Positions 54,243-64,000 of a stretch of DNA of 64,000 nucleotides are shown here, piece by piece. Position numbers and translations under genes: made by a program. Under the pieces are notes generated by a model, which worked only from the letters and a program-made list of their open reading frames with translations, was not told the DNA's origin and searched no databases. Source of the DNA: Eledone cirrhosa. Its lineage: Eukaryota. The DNA lies in the NCBI GenBank assembly GCA_964016885.1, contig OZ024741.1, positions 186,682,001-186,746,000 of the forward strand. The letters are read 5' to 3'. Numbering within the stretch: position 1 is the stretch's first letter; the number at the start of each line of letters is the position of its first letter.

Positions 54243-57200
54243 TATTCCTTGAATCTCAGTCATTGATGTTGGTTAACTGGAAAGTCCGTTGGATTGAATA
54301 TCAAGCCACTACCTGCAGCCTCAGATATTCAGGACGTATCGGAGGGTTCTTGCTGTTCCAAGCAAGCATGCCTTTTGAAGCGTTCCAAAAAGCGTGAAGG
54401 GGCCGATTTTCTTTAACCATCCCTGGAAACCTTTGGAGATAGTCCCCAGTGCGCCTATGACAATCGGGATCACTTTGACTTCATGGCAGTTCCAAATCCT
54501 TTTCACCTCCCACTTTAGGTCCTGGTATCGGTTAATTTTCTCCCTCTCCTTCTCTTGCACTCTCGTGTCGAACGGGCAGGCCACATCCACAATCAGGCAC
54601 GATCTTTTTTCTTTGTCCACAACCACCAGGTCAGGTCTATTGTGTTCCAGTTTTTTGTCCGTCTGTATCCTAAAATCCCACAGCACCTTCACCTGACTGT
54701 TCTCCATCACCGCCTCTGGCCTATGCTCATACCATTTCTCAGAATGTGGTAGATTGTTTACTTTGCACAGGTGCCAGTGGATCACCCTGCCCATCACATC
54801 GTGTCTCCAGCCCTTATAGTGGGTCTGGGCTAGGTGTTTACACTCGGACACAATGTGAGCCACAGTCTCCTCTCTCTCTCCACAGATCCTGCACAGTGGG
54901 CTAGCCTCCTCCTTGTAGATATGGTGCTTCAACCACTTCGTTTTGAGGGCCTGCTCCTGCGCAGCCATTAGCATTCCTTCTGTAGCCTTTTTGAGGTCTC
55001 CTCTTCTCAACCAGTTCCATGTCTGTGGATCTCTAAATTCAGTTTTCTCAAAGAAGGTACTATGAAGGGATTTTTCCTTAAGGCTGCTCTTCCTCCTTGA
55101 TGTTATTTCCTCCTTGGACATCCCCTGGCCTACTGTCCCCTCCTTCAGTACAGTTCTGAGCATTGGCTCCTTACTATAGGTCACGTATTTGTATAGGTTG
55201 TTTTTCTCCATCTGAACACAGTCCTCTATGCTGATAAGACCTCTTCCACCCTCAGATCTCCTTAGGTAGAGTCTATCGACATCACTCCTCTTGTGGAACA
55301 TGTTGTAGATAGTCAATAGCTTCCTAGTCTTTCTATCCATTTCTTTTTGTTCAGCAACATTCCATCTCAGAATTCCCGCACTGTACCTAATAATAGACAC
55401 AGCTCGGGAATTTACTGCGCTTATGGCATTTCTGCTGTTCAGATGTGACTTCAATACGCTCCTTACTCTCCGAATGTATTCAGTTCTTAACAATTCCTTC
55501 ATTTTTTTGTTCTTTATGCCATCAGCCTCCAGAATTCCCAAATACTTGTATCCTTCCTCAGAGTCAATTTCCTTTATCATCTCACCTGTTGGTATCTGGA
55601 TCCCGTTACTTCTGCTCAACCTACCCCTCTTCATCACAATGACTCCACATTTACCAATACCAAACTGCATACATATATCACTGCTGAAAATACGGACAGT
55701 GTCAACAAGCACATCCAACTCCTTCTCACTTTTCCCGAAGAGCTTAAGATCGTCCATGAAGAGGAGGTGATTGATGGTAAGCTCTCCCCTTCCCAACTTG
55801 TATCCTGCTCTCACTTTTCGCAGCATAATGGTCAAGGGCATCAGGGCAAGGACAAACAACAGAGGGGACAGGCTATCTCCCTGGAAGATACCTCTCTTGA
55901 TCTTCACGCTTCCCAAGGATACTCCAGTTGATGTCAACTCTGTCTCCCAGGACCCCATACTCCTGCCCAGCAACTGTCTGATGTTATCCGCCACCCTGAA
56001 GATCTCCAGGCTTTTGGTGATCCAGGAATGAGGCACCATGTCAAATGCCTTTCTGTAGTCTATCCATCCCATGGCAAGATCAGTGTGTCTCCTCCTGCAA
56101 TTCCCCATTACCATCTTATCAATAAGCAACTGGTCCTTTGTACCACGTGACTTCTTTCGGCATCCTTTCTGTTCGTCCGGTAACAAGTTGTTTGTGTGGA
56201 GGTGATGGTAGATTTCCTCAGACACAATGCTCGTCAACAGTTTCCACATTACGGGCAGACATGTGATAGGTCTATAGTTGGTAACATCATTACCCTTGAT
56301 TCGGTCTTTCATTATCAGAACTGTGGTACCTTTTGTCAACCACTCTGGCACCTCACCCGACACCAAGCAGTCATTGAACATGGCCGTCAGCTTCGGGTGG
56401 AGGGATGTTAAATGTTTAATCCAATACCCCTGCACACCATCTGGGCCTGGTGATTTCCAGTTGGTTAGTTTTTTGGCTTGCCCCTTAAGAGTTTCAACTG
56501 TGATACTCAAATCAGTCTGTTGTTGTGCCTGCTCACCGATCTCCCTCTGTACTGTCTCAATCCACCCTGCCTGGGCATTGTGTCTAACATCCTGCTCCCA
56601 TATTCCTCTCCAGAATGTTTTAGCTTGTTCCGCCCCAGGGATCAAGTCGTTGCCTCTTTCTTTCCCCTCAAGCTGTCCAAACAGCATCTTCTGGTTGTTG
56701 TCGAACATGCGGTTCTGTTTATACTGACTGACTCTGTTCTCGTATCGCCTGATTTTTGCACTCTTTGCTACAATGCGTTGCTTCAATTCCTCTATGATAA
56801 TATTTAGCTTTTTACTCCTAGTTTTGTATTTTATTTCCAGTCTATTTTTAGTGCCTATGTTTTTTAGTGTCCCATTCAGTAGTGACTCAAGCTTTCCTAT
56901 GTCATTTCTCATTTCCCCGATTTGCCCACTCAGTCGCTTCTTCCACCACGGCTCTGCTCTTTCTTGTCTGTTGTTTCCTCTCGCTTTTATACCAAGTAGT
57001 TTCCTCACCGTATTTGCTGTTGCTTTGAGGATATTGTTGCACTGGTGAAGACTCCTCGCCTCAGGGTATGGGATGACTTTGTTTACCTTAGCTGTTGTTT
57101 CTTTTAACTTTTTCCTGTCTACAAATCTTAGGTTCATAGGTCTCCCACTATCATTGTTCAACTCATCTACCACTAAATTTAGGATGTCAACCGAATCTTG

Positions 57201-58190
57201 TCCTAGCCCGTCAGCACTCATCTCCTCAGTGGCCGTATCTCTGTTCCAGGTATTATTTATCTCAGTATTCAGATCATTGTCTGCTTCGGGTGGTTCCTCC
57301 GTTCTCAGGACCTCCTCAGCTTCATTTCCCGCCGGCTCGCTTGTCTGGCACACTACACCCGCCATCTCCAAGCCATTCTTTCTGCTCAGTTCCTCCAGTT
57401 CCAGCTCGCTTATCCACCCATTAGTTCTTATTACCCGAGCCTGCCCGGCCAATTTTTGTTCATCTAATTTAAATAAACCAATCTCGTTCCAGATGTTATG
57501 CATCCGTCTCCTGTAGCCCCTCTCCTTGGGGTTACTTTTCAGGTAGCATTGCATAACAGTTCTATTCAATTCTTTCGTCCAGTTGGTTCTGGCCCCTTTC
57601 CTTCTTCTTCTTCCTCCAACATCAGCAGTATTTGGTTGACAGTCAGGTTCCTGATGCTGAGCCAGGGGGCACCTGTTAGGTGAGAGTCTGTCACATGACG
57701 TTCTAGTCTCCATTTCACCGTTATTCGAACTGTTTATGTTCGATATTTAAACACTCTTATCGAGGATTGGCGAATGTATGTTTACATAGCCATCTGTGGA
57801 TCCGCCATCCCACTTGGCCCTTGTGTGGCATTATCACCACGCTGTATACGAACACACATAAACAAACAAACACACGGGCAGAAAGGGCCCCAAAAATGAA
57901 TAAGCATAAGTTTCATTGTAATGTAGTATTCGAATGTCTGACTTAGTTTTTGTTTTTTAAGTTTTACTTTCCCCCCCCCCTCTTCTCTGTCCGTCCGCCT
58001 GCTTCTCTCTTCATTCTTATTTTCTTTACGTTTTTGGGGTTTCTTTTTTTGTTTTTGTTTTTCTCTGTTTGTTTTTCTCGTTTTTTGCTGTTGTTGCTGT
58101 GCTGCTTTGGTTTTGTTGTTGTTTGTTTTTTCTTTTTTCTTTTGAGTCTATCTATATATTTTGATGCCTTCCTCTTTGTTAGTAGTAGGA
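54243..58190 (-). mobile_element. Full-length R4/Dong-clade non-LTR retrotransposon in (TAA)n
   Basis: Single intact ORF, about 78-nt 3' UTR, (TAA)n on both sides; the 5' boundary is uncertain. Confidence 0.9.
54321..57713 (-). CDS. R4/Dong-type polyprotein: RT, CCHC zinc knuckle and restriction-like endonuclease (1130 aa)
   Basis: NWKSPGPDG, NYRPITCL, WIDYRKAFD, RGIFQGDSLSPLLF, HLLFMDD, YKYLG, CRIC..ETVAHIVSEC, RHD, NRPDLVVVD..DVACP..EKINRY. Confidence 0.95.
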   Translation of the reverse strand: METRTSCDRLSPNRCPLAQHQEPDCQPNTADVGGRRRRKGARTNWTKELNRTVMQCYLKSNPKERGYRRRMHNIWNEIGLFKLDEQKLAGQARVIRTNGWISELELEELSRKNGLEMAGVVCQTSEPAGNEAEEVLRTEEPPEADNDLNTEINNTWNRDTATEEMSADGLGQDSVDILNLVVDELNNDSGRPMNLRFVDRKKLKETTAKVNKVIPYPEARSLHQCNNILKATANTVRKLLGIKARGNNRQERAEPWWKKRLSGQIGEMRNDIGKLESLLNGTLKNIGTKNRLEIKYKTRSKKLNIIIEELKQRIVAKSAKIRRYENRVSQYKQNRMFDNNQKMLFGQLEGKERGNDLIPGAEQAKTFWRGIWEQDVRHNAQAGWIETVQREIGEQAQQQTDLSITVETLKGQAKKLTNWKSPGPDGVQGYWIKHLTSLHPKLTAMFNDCLVSGEVPEWLTKGTTVLIMKDRIKGNDVTNYRPITCLPVMWKLLTSIVSEEIYHHLHTNNLLPDEQKGCRKKSRGTKDQLLIDKMVMGNCRRRHTDLAMGWIDYRKAFDMVPHSWITKSLEIFRVADNIRQLLGRSMGSWETELTSTGVSLGSVKIKRGIFQGDSLSPLLFVLALMPLTIMLRKVRAGYKLGRGELTINHLLFMDDLKLFGKSEKELDVLVDTVRIFSSDICMQFGIGKCGVIVMKRGRLSRSNGIQIPTGEMIKEIDSEEGYKYLGILEADGIKNKKMKELLRTEYIRRVRSVLKSHLNSRNAISAVNSRAVSIIRYSAGILRWNVAEQKEMDRKTRKLLTIYNMFHKRSDVDRLYLRRSEGGRGLISIEDCVQMEKNNLYKYVTYSKEPMLRTVLKEGTVGQGMSKEEITSRRKSSLKEKSLHSTFFEKTEFRDPQTWNWLRRGDLKKATEGMLMAAQEQALKTKWLKHHIYKEEASPLCRICGEREETVAHIVSECKHLAQTHYKGWRHDVMGRVIHWHLCKVNNLPHSEKWYEHRPEAVMENSQVKVLWDFRIQTDKKLEHNRPDLVVVDKEKRSCLIVDVACPFDTRVQEKEREKINRYQDLKWEVKRIWNCHEVKVIPIVIGALGTISKGFQGWLKKIGPFTLFGTLQKACLLGTARTLRYVLNI

Positions 58191-58250
<60 letters not shown>

Positions 58251-58252
58251 GT

Positions 58253-60898
58253 TATTCCTTGAATCTCAGTCATTGATGTTGGTTAACTGGAAAGTCCGTT
58301 GGATTGAATATCAAGCCACTACCTGCAGCCTCAGATATTCAGGACGTATCGGAGGGTTCTTGCTGTTCCAAGCAAGCATGCCTTTTGAAGCGTTCCAAAA
58401 AGCGTGAAGGGGCCGATTTTCTTTAACCATCCCTGGAAACTTTTGGAGATAGTCCCCAGTGCGCCTATGACAATCGGGATCACTTTGACTTCATGGCAGT
58501 TCCAAATCCTTTTCACCTCCCACTTTAGGTCCTGGTATCGGTTAATTTTCTCCCTCTCCTTCTCTTGAACTCTCGTGTCGAACGGGCAGGCCACATCCAC
58601 AATCAGGCACGATCTTTTTTCTTTGTCCACAACCACCAGGTCAGGTCTATTGTGTTCCAGTTTTTTGTCCGTCTGTATCCTAAAATCCCACAGCACCCTC
58701 ACCTGATTGTTCTCCATCACCGCCCCTGGCCTATGCTCATACCATTTCTCAGAATGTGGTAGATTGTTTACTTTGCACAGGTGCCAGTGGATCACCCTGC
58801 CCATCACATCGTGTCTCCAGCCCTTATAGTGGGTCTGGGCTAGGTGTTTACACTCGGACACAATGTGAGCCACAGTCTCCTCTCTCTCTCCACAGATCCT
58901 GCACAGTGGGCTGGCCTCCTCCTTGTAGATATGGTGCTTCAACCACTTCGTTTTGAGGGCCTGCTCCTGCGCAGCCATTAGCATTCCTTCTGTAGCCTTT
59001 TTGAGGTCTCCTCTTCTCAACCAGTTCCATGTCTGTGGATCTCTAAATTCAGTTTTCTCAAAGAAGGTACTATGAAGGGGTTTTCCCTTAAGGCTGCTCT
59101 TCCTCCTTGATGTTATTTCCTCCCTGGACATCCCCTGGCCTACTGTCCCCTCCTTCAGTACAGCTCTGAGCATTGGCTCCTTACTATAGGTCACGTATTT
59201 GTATAGGTTGTTTTTCTCCATCTGAACACAGTCCTCTATGCTGATAAGACCTCTTCCACCCTCAGATCTCCTTAGGTAGAGTCTATCGACATCACTCCTC
59301 TTGTGGAACATGTTGTAGATAGTCAATAGCTTCCTAGTCTTCCTATCCATTTCTTTCTGTTCAGCAACATTCCATCTCAGAATTCCCGCACTGTACCTAA
59401 TAATAGACACAGCTCGGGAATTTACTGCGCTTATGGCATTTCTGCTGTTCAGATGTGACTTCAATACGCTCCTTACTCTCCGAATGTATTCAGTTCTTAA
59501 CAATTCCTTCATTTTTTTGTTCTTTATGCCATCAGCCTCCAGAACGCCCAAATACTTGTATCCTTCCTCAGAGTCAATTTCCTTTATCATCTAACCTGTT
59601 GGTATCTGGATCCCGTTACTTCTGCTCAACCTACCCCTCTTCATCACAATGACTCCACATTTACCAATACCAAACTGCATACATATATCACTGCTGAAAA
59701 TACGGACAGTGTCAACAAGCACATCCAACTCCTTCTCACTTTTCCCGAAGAGCTTAAGATCGTCCATGAAGAGGAGGTGATTGATGGTAAGCTCTCCCCT
59801 TCCCAACTTGTATCCTGCTCTCACTTTTCGCAGCATAATGGTCAAGGGCATCAGGGCAAGGACAAACAACAGAGGGGACAGGCTATCTCCCTGGAAGATA
59901 CCTCTCTTGATCTTCACGCTTCCCAAGGATACTCCAGTTGATGTCAACTCTGTCTCCCAGGACCCCATACTCCTGCCTAGCAACTGTCTGATGTTATCCG
60001 CCACCCTGAAGATCTCCAGGCTTTTGGTGATCCAGGAATGAGGCACCATGTCAAATGCCTTTCTGTAGTCTATCCATCCCATGGCAAGACCAGTGTGTCT
60101 CCTCCTGCAATTCCCCATTACCATCTTATCAATAAGCAACTGGTCCTTTGTACCACGTGACTTCTTTCGGCATCCTTTCTGTTCGTCCGGTAACAAGTTG
60201 TTTGTGTGGAGGTGATGGTAGATTTCCTCAGACACAATGCTCGTCAACAGTTTCCACATTACGGGCAGACATGTGATAGGTCTATAGTTGGTAGCATCAT
60301 TACCCTTGATTCGGTCTTTCATTATCAGAACTGTGGTACCTTTTGTCAACCACTCTGGCACCTCACCCGACACCAAGCAGTCATTGAACATGGCCGTCAG
60401 CTTCGGGTGGAGGGATGTTAGATGTTTAATCCAATACCCCTGCACACCATCTGGGCCTGGCGATTTCCAGTTGGTTAGTTTTTTGGCTTGTCCCTTAAGA
60501 GTTTCAACTGTGATACTCAAATCAGTCTGTTGCTGTGCCTGCTCACCGATCTCCCTCTGTACTGTCTCAATCCACCCTGCCTGGGCATTGTGTCTAACAT
60601 CCTGCTCCCATATTCCTCTCCAGAATGTTTTAGTTTGCTCCGCCCCAGGGATCAAGTCGTTGCCTCTTTCTTTGCCCTCAAGCTGTCCAAACAGCATCTT
60701 CTGGTTGTTGTCGAACATGCGGTTCTGTTTATACTGACTGACTCTGTTCTCGTATCGCCTGATTTTTGCACTCTTTGCTACAATGCGTTGCTTCAATTCC
60801 TCTATGATAATATTTAGCTTTTTACTCCTAGTTTTGTATTTTATTTCCAGTCTATTTTTAGTGCCTATGTTTTTTAGTGTCCCATTCAGTAGGGACTC

Positions 60899-60901
<3 letters not shown>
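58253..60901 (-). mobile_element. 5'-truncated, near-identical second Dong copy with one nonsense codon (59591-59593)
   Basis: Collinear with 54243-56891 with only scattered substitutions; GAG>TAG splits the ORF; truncated at (TAA)n. Confidence 0.93.
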
Positions 60902-60957
<56 letters not shown>

Positions 60958-60958
<1 letters not shown>

Positions 60959-61146
60959 GGGGGATTGGCAGTATCGGTAGAGGGTCGGACGCCATACTTT
61001 GACGCTTAGAGTTACGGCCCTTGCCATTCTGAGTTCAAATCCCGCCGAGGTTAACTTTGCCTTTCATCCTTACGGGATCAATAAAATAAAGTACCAGTAA
61101 TGCACTGGATATTTGATAGCCTTGTGCCAAAAGTAGAAACAATTAT
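60958..61146 (+). mobile_element. SINE family A inside (TTA)n
   Basis: Consensus match. Confidence 0.88.
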
Positions 61147-61159
61147 TATTATTACTATT

Positions 61160-64000
61160 GGCGACCTACGTAGGAAATCGTATTATAGTGAGCTCCGCAA
61201 AATTTGTTGTTTTCAGTTGTTTCAAATTGCTAGTTATGGAAAATGTTTGTTGTTAACTGTTTATAAGTTCACATATATTGCTTTCTGAAAAAGGACACTC
61301 AACAATATTGGGGCCTTGAACCCAAAATTTAAACTTTTATAATTATCAAACAAAAACTTTCTTTGAAAAAAAACATGGACGGCTCTCAGCCACACAAAGC
61401 TGACAGCTTCCTCACAAACTAACACCACACACCACCATTAACACCACCATTGTAGACATTACTACATTTGCCAACACTAAAAATATAAGCAGTGGCAATA
61501 ATTTAAATTTGTCACATGCAGACATTCATTTCCCGCCATTACCAATAACTGCAGGTGTTAAAGTCGCCACCCCCACCACCACCACAGCGACAACAGAAAC
61601 AAAGAAAAATAAATTATTATCTCGTGACATCGAAATGGATTCACCCAGAATCGACTCTTCCACGCCAAACACCACTGACGCCACCACCACCACCACCACC
61701 ACCATCACAACGGAAACTAAAAATAACAATAACAAAAATAACAATAACAACAACAGCAACAAGGAGAATGACAACAACAACATCAACACCAGTGCAAAAC
61801 CAAATGTGTCGTTTGCCAAAGCAGCTAAGAAAAGCGAAAAAAATCGAGGTAAACCAGGATGAATTAAATGTACCGAAGAGAATGGTAAAAAAAGATGTGT
61901 ACAGGGTCAGCCCCACATCTCATAAAATAGAGCATCGGCGCTTATGCACCGTGTCATATCGGACAATAAACACAAAATCACACCGAGGGGAACGGGCATC
62001 CGAGTCCCAGATACAAAAAGCTTTGGGACATGTGTGGGCGAAAAAAACCCACATCAGACGTGGGCAGAAATATGGAACTGTGGACGTGTTCTTTGGAACC
62101 CCACAGTAAACCAGAGAGCACTTCATAGCCACATTAAGAAGTGACGAGTTCACACTCGTCCCAAACTATTGTGATCAGAGTCTCGTGAAGATCAGGGTAA
62201 CCCACGTTTCGCCGACCATCGAAATTCCATGGCTAATGGCTGCCGTCTTCGCCGGCATCGAGGCCAACACGAAAATAATTTAGGTAACAAAAGAAAAGCA
62301 GGAGAACTGGTTCGGATCTGGGATGGAGCTCCTGATACAAGCGTACCAAAAAAACATTGAGGAGATTCATGGGTGATAGACCTCTACGACGGCAGCCACC
62401 TCACCGTAATCGTTGAGGCTAGAAGGCCTAGGTGTGTCGTTTGTGGCGAAGGAACCCACCTAAAGCTTTCTGCCTGAGGCTAAAAAGTTGAGGCCACCTC
62501 TCCTACCCACCCCAGTGACTCAACTATCAAAACCATCAGCAGTACAAATGGCAGCAACAACTGCAGCAGCAACAACCCCAGAAACAGTAGCAAAATCAAC
62601 ACCACCACCACCCAGAATCAGCACCAGCGCCTCCACCATCCACCACGCCACAACCAAAAACCAATCCCTGTGGACGATTTTCCACTGCCCGACCTATCCC
62701 AATTGGAGACAGATTGTGACGATGAGGAGGAGAGGGGAATGGTATCAGGAAAAAAGAAAAAGAAAAAAAGATCCCCAAAATGAAAAAATCCGCTTCCTTG
62801 ACCCTCCAAAAACAAAATGCAGGGGGAAACAAATAAGCAAACAACCCAAAATGTTAAGACAGCTATTCCACCACACACACCAGCATCACACGCCCTATCA
62901 CCACAAACACCAACATCATCACCATCTTTAACCCCACAACCACCATCACCAACACCACAAAAATCACCAAAAATCGAAACAGAAACAAACCCACAGCAAA
63001 CGTAAACAAAACAAAACAACCAAAACGATACACACTACACAGCATTAAATTTGAACAACCAATTATTACACTACATCCAACACAACACCAGCATCACAGA
63101 AAAAGACTACACAACACCCCAAAAATTCACACCACCTCCACACATACAAATCACTCGCATCACACAGAAAACGTACACGACACTAAAACAAACATTCCCA
63201 AGGACATCGGAGACTTCCGACAAGCACTCTCCAGGAGGATTTATAAGGACATCCTTGTCCTAAACTATCCTAAACGCCTGACTGCGCTGGAGCGTTTGCT
63301 CTTTCGCTTTTTGTGGAAGGGACGCACTCCAATGTTTAGGCGGTCCATCTGCTGTCAACACCCGCTACGTGGAGGGTTGGGCATGCCGCGGCTGAGGCTG
63401 CGAGACACGCGCTCAGGCTACGACATCTCCACCTCTTCCTCGACGGTGATCAGTTGTGGTCGCAGTTTGCTATACGCGTCTTTCCACAGCTCGTCTCCTT
63501 GACGGAGCTGCAGTCCTGGGTCAAGCGAAGCCCGAGAAGGAGCGCTTGGAGACTGGAATGTCTTCAGGCGCTCACAGCCCTCGACCAGTCGGGCAATGTG
63601 ATCGGTGGAAACTCCACCTTGGCGTTCTAGAGAGGATTAGTGGAGGGGAAGGGCGACGACGTACTTTGGGAAACTCTAGGCGTCGACGAAAATCAACTAG
63701 CCAATCTCTTCGGAAGAACTTTCGGGCCTAGGCCTATGGACAACTTCCAGAAATCCCTAGCCTAGCAGTGCTACCGAGGAGCCTTGCCAGTTCGGGATAA
63801 ACTCTACAGGCATGGAGGTGCCGTCACCGGGCATGTCCGAGATGCGCGCAGGGCGACGAAACCGTCCTGCACGCACTCGTCCAGTGTCCGAGCATTGCTG
63901 ACTTGTGGGTTTACGTCGAACACCTGCTGTCGCGTGTAGGACGGATCCGGCTATCAGCTGAGTCCATCGTGAGGATTGCCCCGCCCTCCTCCTTTAGCCG
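61160..64000 (+). mobile_element. Second Tx1-clade LINE: decayed ORF1 joined directly to the post-RT part of ORF2; runs off the right edge
   Basis: CTVSYRTINTKSHRGERASESQIQKALGHVW..RGQKYGTVDV is homologous to the first ORF1; LFRFLWKGRTP..CCQHPLRGGLGMP begins at about 63270; ends in aggattgccccgccctcctcctttagccg, identical to 53686-53714. Confidence 0.85.

Noticed and set aside
57780-57900. HDV-like ribozyme in the Dong 5' UTR (ggccctt/aagggcc helix)
   Set aside because: Helices exist, but the nested double pseudoknot and catalytic J4/2 could not be assigned.
54394-60817. Plus-strand ORFs overlapping the Dong elements
   Set aside because: Antisense shadows of the RT ORF.
59591-61027. 478-aa ORF as a novel membrane-anchored RT fusion
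   Set aside because: The N-terminus is antisense SINE plus (ATA)n read in frame into a 5'-truncated Dong copy, a chance fusion that ends at a nonsense codon.

Overview
Repeat-saturated, AT-rich animal genomic DNA with no recognisable host exon. The SINE and microsatellite content looks like octopus/cephalopod, which is an inference. The window opens with about 9 apparently identical 310-bp tandem units, each carrying a minimal type I hammerhead ribozyme (HHR), i.e. a retrozyme-like or Penelope pseudo-LTR array. More than a dozen further HHR or HHR-like motifs from several unrelated short non-coding families are scattered over the first 36 kb. Most sit in (TA)n tracts, many have partial inverted (fold-back) duplications and palindromic stem III, and they lie beside two decayed Penelope-like elements. 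The window also holds many tRNA-derived SINEs, non-autonomous Helitrons, a Helitron helicase relic, and CR1, RTE and CRE relics. From 50 to 64 kb, retroelements are stacked in (TTA)n tracts: two internally deleted Tx1-clade LINEs, one intact 1130-aa R4/Dong-clade LINE, a near-identical truncated Dong copy, and SINEs whose 3' tail resembles the Tx1 tail. Coordinates of degenerate elements are approximate. Ribozyme folds were assigned by eye and are untested.
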